Source: Oligoflexales bacterium (GTDB taxonomy: Bacteria; Bdellovibrionota_B; Oligoflexia; Oligoflexales; RGVZ01). Taken from it: a stretch of DNA of 64,000 nt. The stretch spans positions 40,643 to 104,642 of the forward strand of contig CANFEB010000003.1 in the NCBI GenBank assembly GCA_947445775.1, given 5' to 3'. The notes under the pieces were generated by a model. The model had not been told where the DNA came from. It was given only the letters and a program-made list of their open reading frames with translations, and ran no database searches. Shown piece after piece: positions 10,375 through 20,288 of this stretch (positions are counted from its first letter, which is position 1; every line of letters begins with the position of its first letter). The position numbers and the translations under genes were made by a program.

Positions 10375-11067
10375 ATGGATTTTTTTGCAATACTGCCAAA
10401 AGCATTGACCTGGTTTCTTGCGATGCTGTTTTCCCTGTCTCTTCACGAGGCAGCCCACGCCTACAGCGCCAAAATTTGTGGGGATAAAACAGCCGAACGC
10501 CTTGGCCGATTGACCCTTAATCCTTTTGCTCACGCCGACCTCATTGGAACGATCATTTTGCCGCTAGTGGGCCTGTTGGCGCAGCTGCCCGTTTTGGGCT
10601 GGGCCAAGCCAGTTCCGGTGGATGAGCGCAATTTTCGGCGCTGGCCCAGAATGTCTCATGCGTTCGTCGCCGCTGCCGGGCCGATTTCAAACATGCTGCT
10701 TTGTTTGATGTGTGTCGCGGGGCTGACGATTTATCAGCTGTTTTTTTCCGCGGCGATTTCCAAGGGGTCGTTTTTTTATCCGATAATTGGCCTTATGGAG
10801 GCCATGGTCTGGGTTAACGCAATTTTGGCGATTTTTAATTTGATTCCTCTGCCACCCCTAGACGGCGCCGCAGTGTTGCAGGTTATCCTTCCCCGTGATT
10901 TGGCCGAGTCCTATGAGCGGATTATTGCCCCAGCAGGCTACTTTATTCTAATGGCTCTCATGTTAACGGGTGGCCTGGGCTGGGTTTCGCAGCTGGCAAG
11001 GACCTACGTTCTTTTTTGCGGAACGATGGTCGAACATGCGACGAGACTTGTCTTGGCAGCTGGTTGA
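10375..11067 (+). CDS. Site-2 protease family (peptidase M50) membrane metalloprotease
   Basis: HEAAHAY (HExxH) in TM1 plus the NLIPLPPLDG motif. Multi-TM protein of 230 aa. Confidence 0.78.
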   Translation: MDFFAILPKALTWFLAMLFSLSLHEAAHAYSAKICGDKTAERLGRLTLNPFAHADLIGTIILPLVGLLAQLPVLGWAKPVPVDERNFRRWPRMSHAFVAAAGPISNMLLCLMCVAGLTIYQLFFSAAISKGSFFYPIIGLMEAMVWVNAILAIFNLIPLPPLDGAAVLQVILPRDLAESYERIIAPAGYFILMALMLTGGLGWVSQLARTYVLFCGTMVEHATRLVLAAG

Positions 11068-11099
11068 ACTAAACGACTCACTCAGATAGGTTATCGGAC

Positions 11100-12749
11100 A
11101 TGAAATCTCGTCGGAAAACAAAGTATATTTTTGTCACTGGCGGCGTCGTTTCATCGCTCGGCAAGGGCATCGTCGCGGCAAGCGCCGGGGCCCTGCTGGA
11201 AAGCCGCGGCCTGCGGGTCAGCCTTACCAAGTGCGACCCATACATTAACGTTGATCCAGGAACGATGAGTCCGTTTCAGCACGGCGAAGTTTTTGTAACC
11301 GAAGACGGCGCCGAAACCGATCTCGACATCGGACACTACGAACGCTTCACAAATAACGCCCAACTCACACGCCGCAACAGTTTTTCGGCAGGTCAGGTTT
11401 ACGACACGGTCCTCGGCAAGGAACGCAAGGGCGTTTATTTGGGCGGAACTGTGCAGGTGATTCCCCACATCACCGACCAGATTAAAGAAAACATTTTCAA
11501 GGCGGCAGAAAAATCCGACATTGCGATCGTAGAAATTGGTGGCACCGTTGGCGACATCGAGGGCCTGCCTTTTCTTGAGGCGATTCGGCAAATCCGTTAT
11601 GACCTCGGGGCCGAAAACGTTTGCTACATTCACTTGACGTTGGTCCCCTACATCAACGCAGCCAAAGAATTAAAGACCAAACCGACCCAGCACTCGGTGC
11701 GGGACCTGCGCCAAATCGGCATCCAGCCAGATATTCTGGTGTGCCGCGCAGACCGGGCAATACCAGAAGACCAAAAACGCAAGATTGCACAATTCTGTAA
11801 CATCAAACCAGAGCGGGTATTTGAGGCGCAGGATTTTGACAGTATTTATCGCGCCCCCATCGAGTTTAATTCTCAAGGGTTTGATCAAGCTCTAGTCGAT
11901 GTCTTGAATATCTGGACGGGTGAGCCAGATTTGTCGGAATGGCGGGCCATTACCCAAGCATTGGACAACCCAAAATCCAGCGTCAAAGTTGGAGTGGTCG
12001 GCAAGTATGTCGGTGTTGTCGACTCGTACAAGTCGATTTCAGAATCCCTGGCCCACGCCGGGATTGCCAATCAGGCGCGGGTGGAAATTTTCTACATCGA
12101 CTCAGACTCGATCAAAGACAAGGACGCCGCAAGTGCCCTCGGCGGGTTTGACGGGATTATTATTCCGGGCGGATTTGGCAATCGTGGGATTGAGGGAAAA
12201 ATCGCCACGATCCGTTACGCACGCAAGGCCAACGTTCCGTTTTTTGGCATTTGCCTGGGCATGCAATTGGCGGCGATTGAATTTGCGCGCAATGAGCTTG
12301 GCTTGACGGCTGCCAACAGCCAGGAGTTTGACCCAACCTCTGCCGACCCCATCATCCACTTAATGGAGAAGCAAAGGGCCGTTTCCCAAAAAGGGGGCAC
12401 CATGCGACTGGGGGCCTATCCTTGCGAAATAAAATCCGGCACCAAGGCGTTAGAAGCCTACGGCAATGCGTCCATCAGCGAGCGCCACCGCCACCGCTAT
12501 GAATTCAACAATGATTATCGCCAACGCTTTACCGATGCCGGCATGACTTTTTCGGGCATTTCCCCCGACAACTCTCTGGTGGAAGTCATGGAGCTTACGA
12601 ACCACGCCTGGTTTCTCGGCTGTCAGTTTCATCCGGAGCTTAAGAGCCGACCCTTTAAACCCCATCCATTATTTCGTGAATTTACTCGGGCATGCCTCGC
12701 GGCCAAAGAGTCCAAAGCCGCCGGAGCATTCGGGGAAGCAAAGCCATGA
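11100..12749 (+). CDS. pyrG: CTP synthase
   Basis: [17 protein letters not shown]-terminus and a GATase domain with GICLGMQ. 549 aa. Confidence 0.97.
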   Translation: MKSRRKTKYIFVTGGVVSSLGKGIVAASAGALLESRGLRVSLTKCDPYINVDPGTMSPFQHGEVFVTEDGAETDLDIGHYERFTNNAQLTRRNSFSAGQVYDTVLGKERKGVYLGGTVQVIPHITDQIKENIFKAAEKSDIAIVEIGGTVGDIEGLPFLEAIRQIRYDLGAENVCYIHLTLVPYINAAKELKTKPTQHSVRDLRQIGIQPDILVCRADRAIPEDQKRKIAQFCNIKPERVFEAQDFDSIYRAPIEFNSQGFDQALVDVLNIWTGEPDLSEWRAITQALDNPKSSVKVGVVGKYVGVVDSYKSISESLAHAGIANQARVEIFYIDSDSIKDKDAASALGGFDGIIIPGGFGNRGIEGKIATIRYARKANVPFFGICLGMQLAAIEFARNELGLTAANSQEFDPTSADPIIHLMEKQRAVSQKGGTMRLGAYPCEIKSGTKALEAYGNASISERHRHRYEFNNDYRQRFTDAGMTFSGISPDNSLVEVMELTNHAWFLGCQFHPELKSRPFKPHPLFREFTRACLAAKESKAAGAFGEAKP

Positions 12750-13741
12750 CGCCGCCGCCCTCAATCAATAGTCGGCATCTGGATTCCGCCCGCAGAACCT
12801 TGGAAGTCGAAGCCCAGTGCGTGGCGGAGGCCGCAGCGCGGCTGAATGGCGGCTTTACCGCGCTCTGCGACGCCATCATTGAGTCCAAGGGCAAGGTGGT
12901 TACGACGGGGCTCGGCAAGTCCGGTTTTATCGCAAGAAAATTGGCCTCAACCCTGGCCAGCACTGGATCTCCGGCGTTTTTTCTGCACCCGAGCGAAGCC
13001 ATGCACGGGGATTTCGGCATCATTCATAAAAACGATGTTTTGGTAGCGGTCGCCCACGGCGGCGAAACAGCAGAGGTCAATGAGGTTGCCCGCTATTGCC
13101 GCCGCTTGCGGGTTCCCGTCGCGGCCATCACGGGCAAATTGACTTCGACCCTCGCCGGCCTTTCGGATTTTGTGATCGACGGATCTGTTTCGCGTGAGGC
13201 TTGTCCACTCAACCTTGCCCCGACATCATCTGCCTTGGTGGCGATGGCCCTTGGCGACGCCCTTGGGGTCGCCCTGATGGAGGCCCGTGGGTTTACCGCC
13301 AAAGACTTTGCCGCACTGCATCCGGCCGGCAGTTTAGGGCGCAAACTCTCTCGCGTACGAGACCATATGCACGACCAAAACAGCATTCCAGTGGTCGGTC
13401 CGGATTTTGGTTTTCACGAGGTTTTGGAAACAGTGACGCGCCGTAATTTCGGCATCGCCGCAGTCGTTTCCGATCAGGATGGAACCCTGCTTGGTTCGAT
13501 CTCAGACGGTGATGTTCGCCGCCACCTACTTCACCATGGCGCAAAGGCCCTAAACTCTAAGGCCCGTGAGTTTATGCGCGAGTCCCCAAGAACAGTAAAT
13601 CCCGAAACACTTGCCATTGATGCTGTGACCACGATGGAGGCCTGCCAGATCACGTCTCTGTTTGTTGTCGAAGCTGGGCCCGGCGGTCGTTTGACTGGAC
13701 TTGTTCGCATGCACGACCTTCTTGCTGCTAAGATTGTGTAA
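12746..13741 (+). CDS. kdsD: Arabinose-5-phosphate isomerase (SIS + tandem CBS), KdsD/KpsF type
   Basis: SIS motif ([20 protein letters not shown]) plus C-terminal CBS pair. ATG at 12746 forms an ATGA overlap with the pyrG stop. The track ORF start at 12692 lies inside pyrG and is less likely. Confidence 0.85.
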   Translation: MTPPPSINSRHLDSARRTLEVEAQCVAEAAARLNGGFTALCDAIIESKGKVVTTGLGKSGFIARKLASTLASTGSPAFFLHPSEAMHGDFGIIHKNDVLVAVAHGGETAEVNEVARYCRRLRVPVAAITGKLTSTLAGLSDFVIDGSVSREACPLNLAPTSSALVAMALGDALGVALMEARGFTAKDFAALHPAGSLGRKLSRVRDHMHDQNSIPVVGPDFGFHEVLETVTRRNFGIAAVVSDQDGTLLGSISDGDVRRHLLHHGAKALNSKAREFMRESPRTVNPETLAIDAVTTMEACQITSLFVVEAGPGGRLTGLVRMHDLLAAKIV

Positions 13742-14340
13742 TGAAAAAGCGGGTCAAACTGGTCTTAGCACTTGCCGTCATCGCGGTGACGAGCGGTGTT
13801 TTTATTGCCCGCGAGCGCGGCAAGGCGCGAAGCCGCACTGGATACGAAAGTAATATTCGCGAAGCCCGCATAACGTTCGAAGATTTTACGGCGACTCGTT
13901 ACCTAGCCGGCTCAGTTACGGATGTGGCGCGGGCAAAATCGGGATACCTCTTGGAGCCAAACATGTTGGAGCTATTTGGTGATGTCAGTGTCCGGACCCT
14001 GCGGGGCAAGGGTCACCGGCAACGCTGGGAAAAACTCTACTGTGAAACGGCAACCGCCTATTTCCAGTCCAGCAACCTTGCTCAGATGGTGACCTCGTCG
14101 GCGGTGGATCACGTGGATTTGCGGGGATTTGTGAAACTTGAATCCAAAGGCATGACTCTGGAGTCCGATTCGGCCAGATATACTAACGCAACAGGAATAC
14201 TTCAGTCCGAGTCACAAGTTAAGGTAACTGGGCCGGGCATTTATTTCAGGGGCGAGGGTGGGTTTTCCTTTGATTTACGCAAGGAAAACTTGAATGTGTT
14301 GGGTCCCGTCAAGGGGGGGGGCAACTTTGAAATGCCATAA
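13741..14340 (+). CDS. lptC: LPS export protein LptC-like (N-terminal membrane anchor)
   Basis: Single N-terminal TM helix, ~200 aa, positioned between kdsD and lptA/lptB as in the canonical cluster. Confidence 0.6.
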   Translation: MKKRVKLVLALAVIAVTSGVFIARERGKARSRTGYESNIREARITFEDFTATRYLAGSVTDVARAKSGYLLEPNMLELFGDVSVRTLRGKGHRQRWEKLYCETATAYFQSSNLAQMVTSSAVDHVDLRGFVKLESKGMTLESDSARYTNATGILQSESQVKVTGPGIYFRGEGGFSFDLRKENLNVLGPVKGGGNFEMP

Positions 14341-15028
14341 CCAAACCTCCGTTCTTTACCCGACTCGTTACCCCGCATATTGCTTGGCCTGGGCATTCCT
14401 TGCAGGATTTATTTTTGCGCCGGTGACACCAGCTCTCGCCGATTTGGTGGAGGAAGTGGAAGATCTCGACCGCCCCTCTCGTCCCGAACAATTGCCAACA
14501 CCGGGAGCATCAAGTTCGCCGCCGCCAAATAGGCCGGTTACTAATGATGGCCGGGTTCCTAGTCCTAAAGGCCAACCCCAAGAAAAATCGAAAAGTCGCC
14601 CTGGCAAGCGCACAAAGGGGGCTCATCGCGCGCCAGTCCAATTTGAAAGCAAGTCCCTTCAGGCCATGAAAGACCAAAACCGGATCATGCTGAAAGAGGA
14701 CGTCGTGGTGACGCAAGATGATTTTCGGATGGAGGCAGACGAGGCCACCATTTATTTTGATCCCAGAACACGCGAAGCCAGCAAGGTTATCGCCAGCGGG
14801 CGGGTCAAAGTTTTCAAGTCGGACGCAGAAACCAAGCAGCGCATTAAGGCCGAGTGCAATGAGGCGGTTTTTTACAATCAAGATCGAAAAATGGTCTTGC
14901 GCGGAAATGCTAAGCTTTGGCGGGGCGACGATCTAGTTCGCGGCAAGCAAATTACCTATGAGCTCGACACCGGCTGGATTAAGGCCGAGCGCGTTGAGGG
15001 CGTGGTTCAGCCCGGAGGCAAAAAATGA
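14294..15028 (+). CDS. lptA: LPS transport periplasmic protein LptA (OstA-like) with a Pro/Ser-rich linker
   Basis: Signal peptide ending ..TPALA. The OstA-like C-terminal half has repeated 'A..a.y......l.l.GNa.l' strands. 4-nt overlap with lptB. An alternative TTG start at 14327 lies downstream of the G9 tract. Confidence 0.65.
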   Translation: MCWVPSRGGATLKCHNQTSVLYPTRYPAYCLAWAFLAGFIFAPVTPALADLVEEVEDLDRPSRPEQLPTPGASSSPPPNRPVTNDGRVPSPKGQPQEKSKSRPGKRTKGAHRAPVQFESKSLQAMKDQNRIMLKEDVVVTQDDFRMEADEATIYFDPRTREASKVIASGRVKVFKSDAETKQRIKAECNEAVFYNQDRKMVLRGNAKLWRGDDLVRGKQITYELDTGWIKAERVEGVVQPGGKK

Positions 15029-15780
15029 CGACCCTGTCTCAAAATTCATACAGCGCAAAATCTTGTTTAGAGGCTGAGGAGATCAGCAAGTCATTCAAAA
15101 GCCGCCAGGTGGTCAAGTCCGTGTCCTTTAATGTGGGCACCGGGGAAGTGGTGGGCCTTTTGGGGCCAAACGGGGCAGGCAAGACCACCAGCTTTTACAT
15201 GGTGGTGGGCCTGCTGTTTCCCCAAAGCGGACGCGTGTTGCTCGACGGCGAGGACATTACCCACCAGCCGATGCACCTGCGGACCCGCAAGGGAATCAGC
15301 TACCTTCCTCAGAACATGTCGATATTCAGGCGCATGACGGTCGAGGACAACCTCTTGGCAGTCATGGAGGTTTGCGGCGTGGAGCGCCACGCGCGCAAGG
15401 CGCAGCTTCGAGATTTGCTGGAAAAATTTCAAATCGGCCACATCGCCGAAAGTCAAGGCGCCGCACTCAGCGGCGGAGAACGCCGGCGCGTGGAGATTGC
15501 GCGTGCTTTAATCCTAAAACCAAAGTTTCTTCTGCTAGATGAACCCTTTGCTGGGATCGATCCGGTCACTGTTCAAGAGATTCAAAAAATTATTTTGCAG
15601 CTGCGCAACGAGGGCCTTGGCGTTTTGATAACAGATCATAACGTTCGGGAAACATTAGGAAGTTGTGACAGGGTTTACATTTTAACTGGCGGCAAAATCA
15701 CCACCCACGGCCTGCCCGCAGAGGTCGCAGCCCATCCGGAAGTTCGCGAAACTTACCTTGGGGAAAATTTCCGGCTCTAA
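15025..15780 (+). CDS. lptB: LPS export ABC transporter ATPase
   Basis: Walker A (GPNGAGKTT), signature (LSGGERRR), Walker B (LLLDEP), and an H-loop ITDHNVRETL with C-terminal YLGENFRL, as in characterised LptB. Confidence 0.95.
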   Translation: MTTLSQNSYSAKSCLEAEEISKSFKSRQVVKSVSFNVGTGEVVGLLGPNGAGKTTSFYMVVGLLFPQSGRVLLDGEDITHQPMHLRTRKGISYLPQNMSIFRRMTVEDNLLAVMEVCGVERHARKAQLRDLLEKFQIGHIAESQGAALSGGERRRVEIARALILKPKFLLLDEPFAGIDPVTVQEIQKIILQLRNEGLGVLITDHNVRETLGSCDRVYILTGGKITTHGLPAEVAAHPEVRETYLGENFRL

Positions 15781-15793
15781 TTGGCGTTTTTTC
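15620..15793 (+). repeat. Direct repeat copy 1 (functional lptB 3' end plus 13 nt downstream)
   Basis: Aligns end to end with 17583-17757. My manual alignment gives about 8 substitutions and one 1-nt indel. Confidence 0.9.
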
Positions 15794-16054
15794 TTGCCGA
15801 AGGCCGACGTGATCGTGAGCTGGAATTTTAAGCATATAGTTAACTTCGGGCGAATAAAAAAGTTCAACGGTGTGAACTCCATCGAGGGGTATTGGCCCAT
15901 CGAAATTCAGAAAGCCCTGATGAAGGAGTACGAGGAGCGCAAGGGGGAGTTTAAAAGCTTCGCCGACTTCTTAAATGCCAAGAGCGAGGAATCACTATGG
16001 CAACGAGCCTTCAGGGACCGGGTGGCTAAGGCGAGGTCAAAGGCCAGTGCTTAA
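15758..16054 (+). pseudogene. 5'-truncated PIN-like ORF fragment fused to a lptB-overlapping leader
   Basis: No plausible start (a TTG inside lptB). Residues ADVIVSWNFKHIVNFGRIKKFNGVNSIEGYWPIEI resemble the C-terminal '..LLTWNxKHIaN....i......GY..P.I' end of a PIN-type toxin family. This recognition is from memory. Confidence 0.4.
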
Positions 16055-16219
16055 GACTGCAGTGGATTAGGTGCTTGAGTGCAGTTCCCCAGGGTATCGA
16101 CACCACTTCAATCCCAGGCGACGTCACCACCTCTTTTGCGTTTGCGCCTTATGCCACTCCTTTTTCGTCAGGCCAATCTCTTGCCGGGTGATTCGACCCT
16201 TGAGCCGGTAACTGTCTCC

Positions 16220-17407
16220 TCAGATTAATTGAACTTCTTCACAGAACTTTGCAAACGGCAAAATCGAGAAATCAGCGCTCATGACCCGCATTTTTGTGCC
16301 CATATGAACCTGATACCATTTTGGAATATCAAGTTTTGATTTGAACTCAAGCAGCGATGGTGCGACGTCAGAGTCTGATAACTTACACTCGACGGCAAAT
16401 AGCGGTTTTCGATCCCTCAAAACTACGAAATCTACCTCCTTACCCTTCTCATCACGGATATACCTAAGCTCAGATCTATGCCCGAGAACATCCTGCCAGT
16501 AGTCGCATAGTTTCAAAAGGTGTGAGGCGACCATATTCTCAAAACGAAAGCCTAAATCATCGATTTGTGACCAGTCCCACAAATAAAGTTTCTGTGATTT
16601 TTTAATGGCTTTAATCTTGGTGGATCCAAGTGGTGGGATCAAATAGCAGTAATAGAGCGAGTCCAAGATTTGAACCCACCTTTTAACAGTTTTATCGGAA
16701 ACTTCTAAATCCTCGGCCAGAGATTTATAGGATAAGGGGCTTCCAACACGTGAGGCAAGAGATTCGGCAAGAAGCTCAACTTTATCCAGGTCGCTGACGT
16801 TTTCCAGATCCCTTAAATCAATGCGCACAAGTTTTGAAACGCGCTGGAGATGCCACCGCCGTAGTTCCGTTTCATTCTGTGCGAGAAGAGGCTCGGGAAA
16901 GCCTCCATACTTAAAAAGAGCCGCGAGGTTGTCTGCCGACACCCCCAATTCAGGCAATGTAAACGGATGAATGCGATAATAGTGGTATCGCCCCATCATG
17001 GAGTCTCCACCCTTACGAAATACATCCAATCTCGCTGATCCCGTAATCATAAACCTTTGGGTATTTTTCCATGTATCCCATATCCCCTTGACGAAGCTTT
17101 GCCACCCTTTCCTCTTGTGAATTTCGTCCAAGACAATCAAGGGTTCGGTTTTTGACCATTCTCCTTTTTGAATTATTTTCCGGGAGAGCTCATTGTCCCA
17201 ATTCAAATAGCCTGGATGACCGTCAAAATAATTTTTAAGAAATGAGGTTGCCAGGGTCGTCTTCCCAACCTGCCTTGGCCCACCCAAAAAAACCATTTTT
17301 TGGAGTAAGTCTTTTTTGATGGATTTAACGTAGATCCGTATGGGCAGACGCTTGATTTTTGGCATATTGGAAAGTCCCGCTAAAAAGTAATTCGGAGAAC
17401 ACTCCAT
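16220..17407 (-). CDS. AAA+ ATPase, COG1373/DUF4143-type
   Basis: Walker A (GGPRQVGKTT), Walker B-like (IVLDEIH), and a C-terminal restriction-endonuclease-like/DUF4143-type region. Visibly AT-richer than the flanks. Confidence 0.7.
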   Translation of the reverse strand: MECSPNYFLAGLSNMPKIKRLPIRIYVKSIKKDLLQKMVFLGGPRQVGKTTLATSFLKNYFDGHPGYLNWDNELSRKIIQKGEWSKTEPLIVLDEIHKRKGWQSFVKGIWDTWKNTQRFMITGSARLDVFRKGGDSMMGRYHYYRIHPFTLPELGVSADNLAALFKYGGFPEPLLAQNETELRRWHLQRVSKLVRIDLRDLENVSDLDKVELLAESLASRVGSPLSYKSLAEDLEVSDKTVKRWVQILDSLYYCYLIPPLGSTKIKAIKKSQKLYLWDWSQIDDLGFRFENMVASHLLKLCDYWQDVLGHRSELRYIRDEKGKEVDFVVLRDRKPLFAVECKLSDSDVAPSLLEFKSKLDIPKWYQVHMGTKMRVMSADFSILPFAKFCEEVQLI

Positions 17408-17444
17408 TTTACAGAAATGTAATTCGGAGTCAACGTCATTTTAC
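17387..17444 (-). repeat. Two 26-bp imperfect direct repeats (32-bp period) over and upstream of the ATPase start
   Basis: Minus strand: GTAAAATGacgttgacTCCGAATTAC at 17444-17419 and GTAAAATGgagtgttcTCCGAATTAC at 17412-17387. The second contains the ATPase ATG. Confidence 0.8.
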
Positions 17445-17582
17445 TTTTGCCGAAGGAACGATTTGAATTCCGCACTTTCACACACGCCCGCCCAATGCCA
17501 CTTTGCGCCATATTTGCAAGAGCTGCCGCCAGCGGGGTGAAGTGGCTGGGTCGAAAGAAACTATCTAGCGACTTGGAGCGGC

Positions 17583-17743
17583 GCGTTTTGATCACAGATC
17601 ATAACGCCATGGAATCATTAGGAAGTTGTGACAGGGTTTACATTTTAACTGGCGGCAAAATCACCGCCCACGGCCTGCCCGCAGAGGTCGCAGCCCATCC
17701 GGAAGTTCGCGAAACTTACCTTTGGGAAAATTTCCGGCTCTAA
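17583..17743 (+). pseudogene. lptB 3' fragment (last ~52 codons), non-functional duplicate
   Basis: Encodes VLITDHNAMESLGSCDRVYILTGGKITAHGLPAEVAAHPEVRETYLWENFRL. There is no Walker A/B part upstream, and conserved residues have drifted (NVRETL to NAMESL, YLGE to YLWE). Confidence 0.85.
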
Positions 17744-17757
17744 TTGGCGTTTTTTTC
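17583..17757 (+). repeat. Direct repeat copy 2 (decaying lptB 3' end)
   Basis: See copy 1. Lies directly upstream of rpoN. Confidence 0.9.
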
Positions 17758-17828
17758 GCAGAGGGGCGACAATAGAACTGGAGTCACGGCTCCCAGAGTC
17801 CAAACTTTTTAAAAAAGGTTCCGCCCGC

Positions 17829-19316
<1,488 letters not shown>

Positions 19317-19318
19317 CG

Positions 19319-20221
19319 ATGGCAAAAAAATCCGCTACAGAACAGCCCCTGTTGATTGTCGTCACCGGGTTGTCTGGTGCGGGCCTTTCCACCGCCCTTA
19401 GAGCCCTGCAAGACAGCGGCTTTTACTGCATCGATAATCTTCCGGTTGAGTTGATCGGGCAGACCCTTGATTTGATTGAATCAGGATCTTATGCCTCCCG
19501 CGGGTTTGCCTTTGGCATGGACATCCGCGACCAAAAGTTCGCAGCGCAGTTTCCAGCAATGAAAGAAAAGTTGGCGCAAAAAATTCGCGTCGACATGGTG
19601 TTTTTGACCGCCGATGAAAAAATGTTGCTAGCGCGCTACGGCACAACCCGGCGCAAACACCCTTTGATGCCCCCCTCGGGAGGCAATCTTCTGGAGGCCA
19701 TCCGGCGCGAGGCCGAAATGTTGGCCCCCATGGAGCGCGTGGCAGACGCCGCCTTTGATACCTCCGCTTGGTCGCCTCAGGCCTTGATGGGGGCCATCGA
19801 GGCGCGGTATCACCGGGAAGTGCAGGCCCGCCAACTCCACGTCACCATTGTGAGTTTTGGTTTCAAACATGGCCAGCTGCGGCCGGCGGATCTGATCTTT
19901 GATGCCAGATTTTTGCCAAATCCATATTTTGACCTCAAATTACGCAACCTATCCGGTCTTGATCCCCAGGTTAAAAACAGGATCCTGGAGGACCCTTTGG
20001 GGCGAGAATTCTTCAATCGTCTTGAGGACATGTGCTGTTTTTTGCTGCCGCAATATTTTGCCGAAGGAAAGCACTACCTGCGCCTTGGCATTGGCTGCAC
20101 GGGGGGATACCACCGGAGCGTCTGTCTGGCCAATGAACTGAGCGAGGTCTTAAAACGCAAAAAAATGGCAAATATCGAAATTGCCGTTGAGCACCGCGAC
20201 CTGCTAACCTTCCGCCCGTGA
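19319..20221 (+). CDS. rapZ: RNase adapter protein RapZ (YhbJ)
   Basis: P-loop (VTGLSGAGLSTA), the FYCIDNLP motif, and C-terminal CTGGYHRS. Located downstream of rpoN. Confidence 0.9.
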   Translation: MAKKSATEQPLLIVVTGLSGAGLSTALRALQDSGFYCIDNLPVELIGQTLDLIESGSYASRGFAFGMDIRDQKFAAQFPAMKEKLAQKIRVDMVFLTADEKMLLARYGTTRRKHPLMPPSGGNLLEAIRREAEMLAPMERVADAAFDTSAWSPQALMGAIEARYHREVQARQLHVTIVSFGFKHGQLRPADLIFDARFLPNPYFDLKLRNLSGLDPQVKNRILEDPLGREFFNRLEDMCCFLLPQYFAEGKHYLRLGIGCTGGYHRSVCLANELSEVLKRKKMANIEIAVEHRDLLTFRP

Positions 20222-20288
20222 GGCGGGGACAATTTCTGCTCCGTCCAGGACTTTCTGATGAATTTTTTAGCGCGAGCGGAGACTCCCG

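Noticed and set aside
17447-17743. A 98-aa ORF considered as an independent gene
   Set aside because: Its C-terminal 52 residues are a drifted copy of the LptB C-terminus. The N-terminal part has no ABC motifs and no RBS. It is treated as a pseudogene fragment.
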